A stretch of DNA of 64,000 nt from the human T2T-CHM13v2.0 reference genome, Homo sapiens. The notes beneath the pieces were generated by a model that made no database searches, was not told the DNA's origin, and saw only the letters and a list, made by a program, of their open reading frames with translations. Below, piece by piece: positions 18,178-33,984 of the stretch (positions are counted from its first letter, which is position 1; every line of letters starts with the position of its first letter). Where the stretch lies: NCBI RefSeq assembly GCF_009914755.1, contig NC_060931.1. One strand, written 5' to 3'. The position numbers and the translations under genes were made by a program.

Positions 18178-21100
18178 TGTTTTATTTTAAGTTCCAGAAT
18201 ATGTGCTGGATGTGCAGGTTTGTTACATTTGTAAACATGTGTCATGATGGTTTGCTGCACCACCTATCAATCTATCACCTAAGTATTAAGCCCAGCATGA
18301 TTAGATATTTTTCCTGACACTCTCTCTCCCAGCTCACCACATCCTCCACACCAGGCCCCAGTGTGTGTTGTTCCCCTCCCTGTGTCCATGTGTTATAATC
18401 ATTCAGCTCTCACTTATACGTGAGAACATGCGATGTTTGGTTTTCTGTTCCTGCGTTAGTTTGCTGAGGATAATGGCTTGCAGCTTCATCCACGTCCCTG
18501 CAAAGAACATGATCTCATTCTTTCTTATGGTTGCATAGTATTCCATGGTGTATATGTACCACATTTTCTTATCCAGTCTATCATTGATGGGCATTTGGGT
18601 TGATTCTATGTCTTTGCTATTGTGAATAGTGCTGCAATGAACATACGTGTGCATATGTCTTTATAATAGAATGATTTATATTCCTTTGGTTATATATCCA
18701 GTAATGGGATTGCTGAGTCAAATATTATCTCTGGTTCTAGGTCTTTGAGGAATCACCACACTGTCTTCCACAATGTTTGAACTAATTTACATCCCCACCA
18801 ACAGTATAAAAGCATTCCTATTTCTTCACAGCCTTGTCAGCATCTGTTGTTTTTTCACTTTTTAATAATCGCCATTCTGAAAGGCATGAGATTGTATCTC
18901 TTTGTGGTTTTGATATACATTTCTCTGAAAATCAGTGATGTCAAGCTTTTTTTCCTATGTTTGTTGGCTGCATAAATGTCTTCTTTTGAGAAGTGTCTGT
19001 TCATGTCCTTTGTCGGGTTGTTTGTATTTTTCTTGTAAATTTGTTTAAGTTTCTTTTGTAGATTCTGGATATTAGACCTATGCCAGATGGATAAATTGCA
19101 AGAATTTTCTCCCATTCTGTAGGTTGTCTGTTCACTCTGAAGATAGTTTATTTTGCTGTGTAGAGCTCTTTAATTAGAACCTATTTGTCAATTTTTGCTT
19201 TTGTTGCAATTGCTTTTGACGTTTTTCTCATGAAATATTTGCCTGTGCCTATGCCCTGAATGGTATTGCCTAGATTTTCTTATAGCGTTTTTATAGTTTT
19301 GGGTTTTACATTTAAGTCTTTACTCCATCATGAGTTAATTTTTGTATAAGGTAGAAGGAAGGGGTCTAGTTTCAATTTCCTGCATATGGCTAGCCACTTC
19401 TCCCAGCACTATTTGTTAAATGGGGAATCCATTCCCCATTGCTTGTTTTTGTCAGGTTTGTCAAAGATCAGATGGTTGTAGATGTGTGGTCTTATTTCTG
19501 AGTTCTCTATTGTGTTCCATTGGTCTATATGTCTGTTTTTGTGCCAGCACCATGCTGTTTTGGTTACTGTAGCCTTGTAGTATAGTTTGAAGTTGGGTAG
19601 TGTGATGCCTCCAGCTTTGTTCTTTTTGCTTAGGATTGTCTTGGCTATGTGGGCTCTGTTTTGGTTCAATATGAATTTTAAAGTAATTTTTTCTAATTCT
19701 GTGAAGAAGATCAATGGTAATTTAATGGGAATAGCAATGAATCTATAAATTACTTGGGCAATTTAGCCATTTTCATGATATTGATTCTTCCTATCCATGA
19801 ACAAGGAATATTTTTCCATTTGTTTGTGTCCTCTCTGACTTCCTTGATCAGTGGTTTGTAGTTCTATTTGAAGTGGTCCTTCACTTCCTTTGTTAGCTGT
19901 ACTCCCAGGTATTTTATTCCCTTTGTAGCAATTGTGAATGGAAGTTCATTCATGATTTGGTTCCCTGCCTGTCTATTATGGTGTATATGAATGCTTGTGA
20001 TTTTTGCACATTGATTTTGTATCCTGAGACTTCGCTGAAGTTGCTTAGCAGCTTAAGAAGCTTTTAGGCTGAGACGATGGGGTTTTCTAGGTATAGGATC
20101 ACATCATCTGCAAAAGAGAGACAATTCAACTTCCTCTCTTCCTATTTGAATGCCCTTTATTTCTTTTTCTTGCCTGATTGCCCTGGGCAGAACTTCCAAT
20201 ACTATGTTGAATAGGAGTGATGAGATAGGGCATCCTTGTCTTGTTCCAGTTTTCAAGAGGAATGCTTCCAGTTTTTGCCCATTCAGTATGATCTTGTCTG
20301 TTGGTTTGTCATAAATAGTTCTTATTATTTTGAGGGTATGTTCCATCAGTACCTAGTTTATTGAGAGTTTTTAACATGAAGCAGTGTTGAATTTTATCGG
20401 AGGCCTGTTCTGCATCTATTGAGATAATCATGTGGTTTTTGTCTTTAGTTCTGTTTATGTGATGAATTACATTTATTGATTTGTGTATGTTGAACCAGCC
20501 TTCATCCCAGGGATGAAGCTGACTTGATCATGGTGGACAAGCTTTTTTGATGTGCTGCTGGATTCAGTTTGACAGTATTTTATTGAGGATTGTTGCATGG
20601 ATGTTCATCAGGGACATTGGCCTGAAACTTTCTTTTTTTGCTGTATCTCTGCCAGGTTTTGGTATCAGGATGCCTCATAAAATGAGTTAGGGAGGAGTCC
20701 CTCCTTTTCAATTGTTTGGAATATTTTGAGAAGAAATGGTACCACCTCCTCTTTGTACCCCTGGTAGAATTCAGCTGTAAATCTGTCTGGTCCTGAGCTT
20801 CTTTTTGGTTGGTAGGCTATTTATTACTGCCTTGATTTCAGAACTTGTTATTGGTCTATTCAGGGATTCAACTTCTTCCTGGTTCAGGCTTGGGAGGGTG
20901 TATGTGTCCAGGAATTTATCCATTTCTCCTAGATTTTCTAGTTTATTTGCATAGAGGTGTTTATAGTATTCTCTAATGGTAGTTTGTATTTCTGTGGGAT
21001 CAGTGATGATATCCCCTTTATTATTTTTTATTGTGTCTAATTGATTCTTCTTTATTAGTTCAGCTAGCAGTCTATCTATTTTATTAATTTTTTTCAAAAA

Positions 21101-24100
21101 ACTAGCTCCTAGATTCATTGACTTTTTTGAAGGGTTTTTTGTGTCTCTACCTCCTTCAGTTCTGCTCTCATTTTGGGTATTTCTTGTCCCCTGCCAGCTT
21201 TGAGGTTTGTTTGCTCTTTGTTCTTGTTCTTTTAGTTGTGATGTTAGGATGTCAATTTGAGTTCTTTCTAGCTCTTTGATGTGGGCATTTAGTGCTATAA
21301 ATTTCCCTCTCAATGCTACTTTAGTTGCGCCCCAGAGATTCTGGTACATTGTCTCTTTGTTCTCATTGGTTTCAAAGAACTTCTCGATTTCTGCCTTAAT
21401 TTTTTTATTTACCCAGGAGTCATTCAAGAGCAGGTTGATCAATTTCCATATAGTTGTGTAGTTTTGAGTGAGTTTCTTAATCTTGAGTTCTAACTTGATT
21501 GTACCGTGGTCTGAAAAACTGTTATGATTTCAGTTCTTTTGTATTTGCTGAGGCATGTTTTACTTCCAATTATGTGATCTATTTTAGAGTAAGTGTCATG
21601 TGGTGCCAAGAAGGATGTATATTCTGTTGTTTTTAGGTAGAGAGTTCTGTAGATATCTATCAGATCCACTTGATCCAGAGCCGAGTTCAAGTCCTGAGTA
21701 TCTTTGTTAATATTCTGTCTTAATGATCTGTCTAATATTGACTGTGTAATGTTAAAGTCTCCTGCTATTATTGTGTGGGAGTCTAAGTCTCTTTGTAGGT
21801 CTCTAAGAACTTGCTTTATGCATCTGGGTGCTCCTGTATTGGGTGCATATATATTTAGGATAGTTAGCTCTTCTTGTTGAATTGAACCCTTTACCATTAT
21901 GCCCTTCTTTGTCATTTTTGATCTTTGTTGGTTTAAAGTCTGTTTTGTCAGAAACTAGGATTGCAACCCCCGCTTTTTTCTGCTTTCCATTTGCTTGGTA
22001 GACTTGCCTCCATTCCTTTACTTTGAGCCTATGTGTGTCTTTGCACATGAGATGGGTCTCTTGAATTCAACACACTGATGGGCCTTGACCCTATCCAGCT
22101 TGCCATTTTATGTCTTTTAATTAGGCATTTAGCCCATTTACATTTAAGGTTAATATTATCATGTGTGAATTTGATCCTGTCATCATGATGCTAGCTGGTT
22201 ATTTTGCAGACTTGTTGATGTAGTTGTTTCTAGTGTCATTGGTCTCTGTACTTCAGTGTGTTTTTGTAATGGCTGGTAGTAATTGTTCTTCCTTTACATA
22301 TTTAGTGCTTCCTTCAGGAACTCTTGTAAGGCAGTCCTGGTGGTTATGAATTCCCTCAACATTTGCTTGTCTGAAAAGGATTTTATTTCTCCTTCACCTA
22401 TAAAGCTTAGTTTGGCCAGATATGAAATTCTAAGTTGGAAGTTCTTTTCTTTATGAATGTTGAATATTGGCCCATAATCTCTTCTGGCTTATAGGGTTTC
22501 TGCTGAGAGATCCGCTGTTAGTCTGATGGGCTCCCCTTTGTAGGTGATCAGGCCTTTCTCTCTGGCTGCCCTTAACACTTTTTCTTCCATTTCCGCCTCG
22601 GAGAATCTGATGATTATGTGTCTTGGGATTGGTATTCTCATGGAGTATATTACTGGGGTTCTCTGTTCTCTGGATTTCCAGAATTTGAATGTTGGTCTGT
22701 CTTGCTAGGTTGGGGAAGTTCTTTTGGATGATGTCCTGAAGTGTGTTTTCTAACTTGGTTCCAGTCTCCCCACCCCTTTCAGAAACCCCAATCAGTCATA
22801 GGTTCAGTTTTTTTTACATAGTCCCATAGTTCTTGGAGGTTTTGTTCACTCCCTTTCATTCTTTTTTTCTCTAATCTTGTCTGCGTGTCTTATTTCAGCA
22901 AGATAGTCTTTAAGCTCTAAAATTATTTTCTCTGCTTGGTCTATTTGACTATTGATACTCGTGGTTGCATTGTGAAGTTCTCGTGTTGTGTTTTTCAGCT
23001 CCATAAGGTCATTTATGTTCCTCTCTAAACTAGTTATTCTGGTTAACAGCTACTGTGATGTTTTATCATGGTTCTTAGCTACTTTGCATTGGGTTAGAAC
23101 ATGCTCCTTTAGCTCAGCGAAGTCTGTTATTATTCACCTTCTAAAGCCTTCTTCTGTCAGCTCATCCATCTCAGTCTCAGCCCAGTTCTGTGTCTTTGCT
23201 GCAGAGGTGTTGTGATCATTTGGAGGAGAAGGGGCACTCTGGCTTTTTGAGTTTTCAGATTTTTTTCATGGATTCTTTCTCATCTTCACAAGTTTATCCA
23301 CCTTCGATCTTTGAGGCTGCCGATTTTTGGGGGGTTTTTGTGGGGACTTTTTTGTTGATAGTGCTGTTGTTTCTGTTTGTTTTTCTTTTAACAGTCAGGC
23401 CCCTCTTCCATAGGGCTGCTGCAGTTTTCTGGGGGTCACTCCAGACCTTATTTGCCTGAGTCCCTCCTGAACCCAGAGGTGTCACCAGTGGAGGCTGCAG
23501 AACAGTAAAGATGGCTGCCTGCTCCTTCCTCTGGGAGCTCTGTTCCAGAAGGGCCCTGACTTGATGCCAGTGAGAATGCTCCTGTAAAAGGTGTCTGGTG
23601 ACCCCTGTTGGGGGTCTCACCCAGTCAGGAAGCACAGGATCAGGGACCCACTTGATGAAGCACTCTGGCTGCCCCTTTGTGGAGGGGGTGCGCTGTGCTG
23701 GGGAAATCCCACTCGTTGGAACTGCCCAGATTCCTCAGAGCTAGCAGGGGAAAATACTAAGTCCACCGATCTGTGGAGACCACGGCCGCCCCTCCTGGCA
23801 GGGACTTCATTTCAGGGAGATCAGATTTCTGTCTGTAAACTCCTGGCTGGAGTTCCTGAAATCCCCATAGGGAGACCCTGCCCGGTGAGTGGGGATGGGC
23901 CTAGGTCTGGCCTAAAGAGGCAGTCTGGCCAGGATCTGCCACAGCCACTGTGCTGTGCTGTGGGGAATTCCTCCTGGGTCCAAACTGCCCAGTCTCCCCA
24001 GCACCAGCGGCGGAAAACAGCAGACTGGAGCCGCAGTGATGGCAGCCGCCCCTCCCCACGGGAACTTGGTAGTCTTAGGCAGCCTCCAGCCAAGTGGCCA

Positions 24101-24448
24101 CCGAGAATCTCCACAGCTCTGGGCTTGGGACCCAAGGCCCTGGTGGTGTGGGCTCATGAAGGGATCTCCTGATTAGCGGGTTGCACAGATCCATGGAAAA
24201 AGTGTGGTTTCCCAGGTGGGGTAGCACAATCACTCACTGCCTCCCTTTGCCCCGTGCGGCTCCCGGGTGGGTTGTTGCTCCACCCTGCTTTTCCTTGCTC
24301 TCTGTAGGTTGTGCCAGCTGCCTAGTGAGTCCCAGTGAGTGAACCTGGATACCTTAGTTGCCAGTGAGGATTCACTTGCCGTTTTCATTCTTCTTGGTGG
24401 GAGCCTCCAACCGCAGCTGTTCCTAGCCAGCCATCTTGCCCCCTCCCT
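18178..24448 (-). mobile_element. Full-length (~6.3 kb) L1PA8-like LINE-1, both ORFs inactivated
   Basis: 5' end gggggcaagatggc (YY1 site). ORF2 starts MTGSNSH at 22183. EN peptide IMVKGSIQQEELTILNIYAPNTGAP; RT peptide [20 protein letters not shown]; C-terminus ends at 18403. L1PA8-like 3' UTR. TSD tctgtt(t/c)tgtc at 17809-17819 and 24453-24463. Confidence 0.95.
18403..22183 (-). pseudogene. L1 ORF2 (endonuclease/reverse transcriptase), frameshifted
   Basis: ORF-track fragments 21803-22048, 21490-21915, 20771-21442, 20104-20346, 19409-19714, 18855-19115 and 18403-18654 are consecutive ORF2p pieces in different frames. Confidence 0.93.
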
Positions 24449-25185
24449 CACTTCTGTTCTGTCATTCTTAAGATCTTGGTTTTAATGTTAATGCTGGTCA
24501 GTTCTTCCTGAATTCCAGAGGGAGGAGGGTATAATGAGGCACATTTGACACCCCTTTCTCACCATGTCCTGAACTAGTTTTCTGGGTTTACTTTGGAATG
24601 CTCTTGGCTGAGAGCCGAGAGCCAAGAGCTCAGTTGGTTGGGGGGCTTAGAATTTTATTTTTGATTTACAAAAGGCATACAATTTAATGTCTATACACAG
24701 GTGTCTTCAGAATTAAGACCCAGCATCTCAATGAAGTACAGAAGCTTATATACAATTTTGAGGTTATAGAAAGAGTAGAGGCTTGGATCCTGGCAAAACA
24801 GGTTATGGGAGTGGGAGAAGAGGAATTCTATTGAGTTGCAATAAATGATTATTAAGGAGAATGACTGGATGGGAAACAGAAATTAACTTGTAAATGGTTC
24901 TCTTTGGTATTTAAATGATCCTTGGGGACAGTCATTATCTTGAAAAAGGTCTCTTCAGGTATGGTCACATCTTGGTCTTCTTTTCTGCAATAACATGACA
25001 ACAGGGAGGGGAAGAAAAATCATTTGTTTTCCATGGTGGCTGTGGACTTTAGGCAGATAAAGGAACTTCAGCTTCTTTGGGAGAGGTGGTAGGGGCAGGG
25101 AGGGAGGTCAGCGAGAACTTGAGGCTTCTTCAGTTCAGCATCTTAAAGTGCCATATTTGGGGGTATCATTTTCTGAGCCCCAACA

Positions 25186-26090
25186 GATTCAAAGTATTTT
25201 TTTTTCTGTTTAGTAAATGTTCACTGTTCAAATAAGTTACCACAAAATTTACACTTGTGTTTTGGCATTTTGGGACTTCAATACATAAATAAAACATAGA
25301 ATAAAAAAGATTGAGCTTCATAACCTCACAGCTGCTTAGGCACATCCATTACTCACAAGTCTGAACTCATAACTAATCATAGACAGGAGTTTGAACAGAT
25401 GAAATTAAATGATTATGAACTCATGAACTAAAAAAAGTTGAACTTGATATTGGATACAAAAATATGGGCACTTTTTAGGGCTTGGGCGCCCAGGTTGAAG
25501 CCAAGCTGACCTCATCTAGGGTTTTGGGGACCGTGGGGCTTGGGCTGGGTGGACAGAAAAAAATAGCAGTTTTCAGGACTGGAGTTTGTTGGAAGCTTGG
25601 GATATCACCACTGTGCTTCCTTTCAGAAGCCTGGTTTCAGTTAGGAAGCTGGTCTTTAGAGCACAAGGACGGACCTGAAGTTAGCGCTGATTAGTGATGG
25701 TGACTTGTTCATGACTTGGGGCTTTGGCCAAACAACAGTCTTTTCCTTTCTGGAATATGAAAAATAAATACTTTTAATTCTTAGCCCTCCCTCACCTCCC
25801 TCCACTCCCCCACCAGCCACCATCAGCCACACCCTCAGGCAAGGCTGTAAGGCTCACTCAGACCTTGGTTGTGAAGGTCCGGCTTTCTGTGAGTGGTGCC
25901 ATTTAGTGATTCAGACCTCAATTACTGCGGTGGCAAATTAGCTCTAACTGCCAAATTTTTGTAATTTATTGGAAAAAAAGAAAGCTGAATATAGGACATT
26001 TAGGGCATCCTGACAAAGCAATACAGGATGCAGGGCCAAAGCATTAAATACAGGACATGCCCTGTATATACAAGATGCCAGGTTACCCTA
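25186..26090 (-). mobile_element. 5' part of the hAT fossil: transposase start plus subterminal region and terminal inverted repeat
   Basis: ATG at 25268 reads MPKHKCKFCGNLFEQ*TFTK. The minus strand from 26090 begins tagggtaacc, followed by repeated (a)caggaca-like subterminal motifs, similar to Blackjack/MER81/MER94 termini (TAGGGTGACC). Confidence 0.7.
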
Positions 26091-26799
26091 ATTTAGGAGT
26101 CAGTGGAGCTGAAGTGGGTCATAGCTTTTTTTTGCTTCTACTCACTATTTTAAGACAAACGTGAATTTTAACCATGAGACAGACTTTCAGATCCCTGACT
26201 TCTAAGTGAGCCATGATGGAATGGCTCCTGACAGCTGACTAGACAGGGGTCTTCCCTGAACATGTTGAAAGGGGAGGAAAGGACACTGTGGTTGCAAAGC
26301 TCCACTAAATGTCTCTCTTACCCAACTCCACATCCCCAGGCATCAGCCAAGCTCCTGTGGGCAGCATGACCGGGGCCCTTCCCGCAGAGAACGGGGCCAG
26401 CAGGCTTCCTCTGGGCATCTCTGCTTCTGGGAGCCCCAGAAGGGCACCTGGCAGCGTGTAGTCACAGAACCCTTTGTACAGTTGGTGATGGGCAGGTGTT
26501 TCCCATAGTTTCTAGAAAAACAATTAGACTGTGAGAGAGTTTAGAGAAAGACTAGCTTCATGGCAAATATGTCAAATAAAAAGCCCTCACTTTCCCAGGA
26601 ACACCTGTCAGAGAATGATGAGAAAAGCTATTCACTTGAGAATAGAAACAACAAATACACAACGTGAATGAGAATGAGATTAATGAGAGCTGTGGGAGCA
26701 ACCAGGGACCTTCTGGGAAATGTCAGGAGGGAAAGAAAACCAAGAAGAGAGAGATGGGAGACACGTTCAGGGACAAGAAGGTGGAACATTGCTAAATGC

Positions 26800-27360
26800 A
26801 ATTGCTTTTCCATGTGGGCTTAATGCAAATCCAAATCTTTGAAAGTATTAGAAGTATTCCAAAGTGAATGAACATTTGAGAAAATAACCTAAGAAAAAGA
26901 CAAAGCATATGCACAAGATTATCAGAGATTCTGGAACCAAATAGAAGTAATCAAAAAATTCAAGTGCTATAGATAGTGCTGTTGAATTAAAATATATAAG
27001 CAAAAGTATGGACACTTAGACTAAAGGTGAAGAATGAAAACACAGCAGTGTCTGAAACTTAGGGTAACTTTCTCAAAAAGGGAGAGGGAAAGGATTATTT
27101 AATGAATATGTATTGGATCTCAATCTTGGGAGGGAGCATAATGGGCTCTGTACCTTCTATCATACACTAAAATTAAAGTCAGCTAAATAAAAGAATTCCC
27201 TGGGAAAAAAATAAGGCTTTAAAAACTAGCAGAAAACATAAAATTATAGTCTCATGGAAGACTAAAGTTCTTCAGCCTTGAAGCAATGGGAGGGATCACA
27301 CAGTAAAAGTTAAACAATTTTTAACATAAGGATGTTAAATTATATGTCATTAAAAAAAGC
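26800..27360 (+). mobile_element. Highly decayed L1M ORF2 3' fragment
   Basis: Residual similarity (ggattatttaatgaatatgtattgg, catacactaaaattaaagtc, aaaactagcagaaaacata). Confidence 0.55.
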
Positions 27361-27472
27361 CACTGAAGTCACAGGTATAGTGGCTCGAGCCTGTAATTCC
27401 AGCTACTCAAGAGGCTGGGGTGGGAGCATTGCTCAAACATTTTCCTATAGCAATGAAGCCTGGAGTTGAGGG

Positions 27473-28039
27473 TGAATGATATAAAAATATTTACCCCAAA
27501 ATATATTTATTTGACATATTTTGAGATGGCTGTCACAGAGCCAGCAAACAGAAGTAGCCCTGCAAAGCTGTCTTTTGAAGGGGAAATTTATATCTGTAGA
27601 GCATCTGCAGGAAGCAGCTAGGTCTTCCCTTGTCCAGATCTAGGAAAGACTAACTAAGAGTTTGACCCCTTACAGATCTGAAAGAAACGTACCATCTATT
27701 CTTCGAAGGCTGCAACCAGTGAGGTTTCATCTACATAACAAGACCACCTTTGGCGGCCAGGCCTCCTCTTCTCTCCCTCCCATTACCTGTTTTGCCATTA
27801 TAACCTGATTTACCACTATAACCTGTTTTTGCCTGTGCTCTGGACTCCCATTCTTTCTGTAACCTCAAGATGATATGTAAGCTTCTGCACCCCATTGGTG
27901 AGTTGAGCAGTCACTCTGTGGTTCTCCCTGTGCTCACATTAATAAAATCTATATTCCTTTTCTCCAATTACTCTGCCTTTTGTGAGTTTTCAGTGAGCCT
28001 TCAGAGGGTAAAGGAGAAGTTTTTCCCTTGTTCCCTACA
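27473..28039 (+). mobile_element. MER4-group ERV1 solo LTR (LTR29/LTR49-like)
   Basis: TG...CA ends, core aaaatatttaccccaaaatatatt...gccctgcaaagctgtc, AATAAA, perfect TSD aggg. Confidence 0.85.
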
Positions 28040-28166
28040 AGGGTCAGGCAGGTTTGTTCAGATTATCTACCCAGGGAGTTTTCAGAAGTTGAGTTTCTTC
28101 AGCCATGTCAGGAATAAAATAATCCCTGCTTTCTTAGAATTGTGGAGGAAATGAACACTAACGATA

Positions 28167-28621
28167 TGTTAACCTAAAGGAAGAAACTGAGGCAAACAAT
28201 ATAAGTACAGAGTTTACTGGGGCCAAGCTTAAGGACTGCAACCCAAGAGCATAGACTCAAGTTGCCCTGGACATACACTCCAATTAGCAGTACTTACAAG
28301 TGGATTTGTAAAGGCAAAAAAGGGGGTCAGGGAGTGGACTGATACAAAGTTGTTTGCCAAGAATTCTCATTGGTTTATAGAAATAACATTGATTAGTGGT
28401 TGGCTACACATTGCTATTCTAAAAAGTGTGAGTTACAGTGTCCAGCATGACATTGTTAGATTAATTTGTAGCTACTTGTGGCAGTAGCAAGCAGTTCTAA
28501 GAGATGAAAACATAGCTCAAGGGGAAGTAGGACATGATTGCTGTCTCATTTTAATGTTTCTCTGGGCCTGATAATTTAAAAGGATTCGCATTTCTCGGAT
28601 AAAATTTCTTTTCTTTTCTCA
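28167..28621 (-). mobile_element. MER65-like ERV1 solo LTR inserted in a MIR (28085-28680)
   Basis: Minus strand starts tgagaaaagaaaagaaattttatccgagaaatgcgaatccttttaaattatcaggcccagag. MIR 3'-like sequence on both flanks. Confidence 0.75.
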
Positions 28622-28955
28622 TAATGAATATAGAGCATCTGACATACAGATGCTAAAAATAACTCTGATTATCACTACCACAAACATGACACCTGAAGCA
28701 TTCACTGACATTTTTATGAGAAGAAACTAAGGGTATGAATAAATGAAATTATCCTTTCCCATGTATCTTTTCATTCAATTTTTTCCTTCTTTATCTGTAA
28801 AAGAAAGGTATAAACAGTAAACAATCATCTGTAAGCTGGTCCACTCTTTTAAGATTTCCTAACATACAATTAAAGCATCTTTGAGGATAGGTAGTTGAAA
28901 TTTTTTAAAGAACTAAAAAGAATGAAAAATCTTTGACACTTGTATTAAAACCTGT

Positions 28956-29377
28956 TGTGTTAGCCTATTTTTGCATTGCTATAAAGGAATACCTAAGACT
29001 GGGTAATTTATAAAGAAAAGAGGTTTATTTGACTCACTGTTCTGCAGGCTGTACAAGCATGGCACCAATATCTGCTTGGCTTCTGGTGAGGGCTCAGGGA
29101 GCTTACAATCATGGCAGAAGGCTCAGGGGGAGCAGGCACATCACGTGACAAGAGAGGGAGCAAGAGAGTGAGGGGAGAGGTGCCACACACTTTTAAACAA
29201 CCAGATCTCATGTGAACTAACTGAGGAAGAACTCACTCGTCATCAAGGGGAGGGTGCTAAACCATTCATGAGAAATCCACCCCCATGATCCAATACCTCC
29301 CACCAGGTCCCACCTCTAACATTGGAAATCACATTTCAACATGAGATTTGGAGGAAAACAACATCGAAACCATATCA
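28956..29377 (-). mobile_element. MSTA-like MaLR solo LTR
   Basis: Runs from tgtgttagcc...gcattgctataaaggaatacctaagactgggtaatttataaagaaaagagg to ...aaaccatatca. Confidence 0.92.
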
Positions 29378-29757
29378 CCAGGACACATCTCAACTGCTAC
29401 GTCCATTGTCCATTCACATGTGTCATTTCAGAAGCAAAGGGCAGAAGTCAGCAGAGTGAGCAGCCTGCCAACAGCCTTATTGAGGGCCCAGAAAGCCCTG
29501 GGGACAGGGCTGGATGCTGTGGGTACAGCATCCTGACTCTGACTCTGAAGGCCTTATAGTCTGGTGGGCCATGTAAGGGCAAATACAAATTTAAAATAAG
29601 ATTCATAGTCTCCTGTAAAAGTGAGGGAAGAGATACCACCTCCTTCCCTTTCATTACAGTATCTACTTTGGAAAACTTTTAATAAATTATTTCTCTGCCA
29701 CTGTGAATGTAGATAAATCTGTTTAAAAGCTAAAAAGCCTCTTGCTGGCTTTACAAC

Positions 29758-31062
<1,305 letters not shown>

Positions 31063-31529
31063 CAGCCCAGGGATGTCCTTCTCAAAGACCTGGGAGCCAT
31101 CTCTTTGTAAAGTCAGCATCCAAGGGAGATAGCATCTCATCTCCCAGTTTCCGTGGGAGAGTAAGAGGCTAACATTGGTGGGCACTGGCTCCAAGTTGCA
31201 AACATACCTCCTGTCATGAAGATAGGAGTTTTTTTGTTTTGTGTTTTTAGAAAAGCAACTGCTAACTCAGATTACCCTTGCAATTACCAGGTAAATTTAG
31301 TATGAACTACGTGTGACAAGTGGTGCTGTCAAGTCCCCTTACTGGAGGACAATTTACAATTTATCTGTAGAACATAGATAGAGTGGGTTGTCTCTGCCTG
31401 TCTATACAAGGGGACAAGCATTCTCTCTGTCTTCCCAATCTTTTGCTAGGTTGCATATTATGTACACCACATTGTGGTACAATGCTTATTCCGTAATAAA
31501 ACAGTTTTCTTTACTATCTATATGGATGT

Positions 31530-31829
31530 TGTAGGACTTTCTCCTTAGTTCAGCTAAAAGCCAGGTTCTTGTCACACAGTCATGAAAGATTAGGCTCGCA
31601 GACACTTTGACGGGTGAGAAAAATGGAATTTATTGGGCAAAAAGGAAAAAAAAAAAAGGGAAACAGGAACTCTCAGCAAAGCAGGAGTCCACCCTGGAGC
31701 AGGAGAGGCCAGGCTCCTCTCCCCTGCAAATGGCACAAACTTCCTGAGCCTCCACCCCAATGTGCACTCCTCCCAGTGTGCAGGCTGGTTGGAGGTTCTC
31801 TGGTGACCCCTTTATACTTGGCTGTCTCA
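31530..31829 (-). mobile_element. MER61-type ERV1 solo LTR (short, apparently internally deleted)
   Basis: Minus strand runs from tgagacagccaagtataaaggggtcaccagagaacctccaaccagcctgcacactgggagg to ...ggagaaagtcctaca. Confidence 0.82.
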
Positions 31830-32509
31830 CAGAGAGGTTTTATGGTTTGGGAGATTTTGTTCTTAATTGTATTTCCCCCAAATCATGAAGGGGTGCTGGG
31901 TGGGTCATGGTGTGCAGTAAGCACACAAGAGTGGAGGGTTGCATGGTCATCAGTGAATTGAGAATAACAGTGTTACCCCCAGTGTTAACAACAATAATTT
32001 ACTTAAATAGCATATGCAGATTCCAGAAGCTGGACCTGTGCTCAGTACTTGTGTCTTCCCAATCCTCACTCTAGTACAGAAATAAAGGAAGATGACCCAG
32101 TGGAATGAGGAGCTTAGTCATGTCCCTGGAGTGATGGAACATGTGGCTCAGGCCATGCTGACTCCGAAATGTGGAGGGATTTGATGAATTGGATCGCCGC
32201 TGGGCCCCACCAACACAGACCTGCCTAGACAGATTTTACCTTGTACTTTTTCACTGGTATGAGCCTCTCTGTGCTTAGCTGTGCTGAAAAGGGGAAATGC
32301 AACAAAATATGACCAAGGGAGATATTTTGGCATTCTTTTCTAAGGAAGCCAAAAGAATTGCTGATTTTACAAGGAAACTTTGGTCTCTGAAGAGTTTAAT
32401 GCTAATTTTGCAGATTTGGAAATCTCAGTCATTTATGGAGTATTTAAAGCAAAATCCCAAGTTCTGAGATTTATTGAATCACAGACTTCCAAGCCTCATG
32501 AACTCTGAG

Positions 32510-33453
<944 letters not shown>

Positions 33454-33984
33454 TGAACAAGGCCCATGTCTGGGGCCAGGATTCCCAGTGCTCAGGTGGC
33501 TGCTGGTGACAATCCAGAGCATGACCTTCTGTCAACCCAACTCTTTCTTACCAACCTGTCTGTTGTAAAAAAAAGAACCAGGGGCCAGGGACAACTGGAC
33601 TTAAAGGAACACAGTAACAACTGTGGCCAAGGAGAGGGTACTTCAGAACCAGCTTCTGAATCCCTATCCCTGGAAACAGACAAAAAACCAAGGGAAAACA
33701 AAACAGGGGGAAACTTCACAGCCCCAAAAGTAGAGAAAAGTGCCCAGATGCCACATGTTCCATGGAATTCCTGCTAGATGCACTAAAAATGGGGCCAGAC
33801 CAGGGGCTGGACACATCCCTTCCCAGGAGTTGGTGTATCCAAGGAGGTGTGTAGAGAAGGGACTGCAGAGGTCCACAGTTGGTCTCTATTTGGAGGGAGG
33901 AGGTCAGTCCAGCTTGTAAGAGACTCAAATGTGCAGCATCCTTGTGAGAAGGGCACAGCAGTGTATGCTAAGCGTTCTTAAGGA

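Noticed and set aside
20771-21915. Long ORFs of 223 aa and 141 aa
   Set aside because: They are frameshifted pieces of L1 ORF2, not a host gene or an active L1.
23591-24172. 193-aa plus-strand ORF
   Set aside because: It lies in the GC-rich L1 5' UTR on the antisense strand, starts at GTG, and I cannot support it as ORF0 or any known protein.
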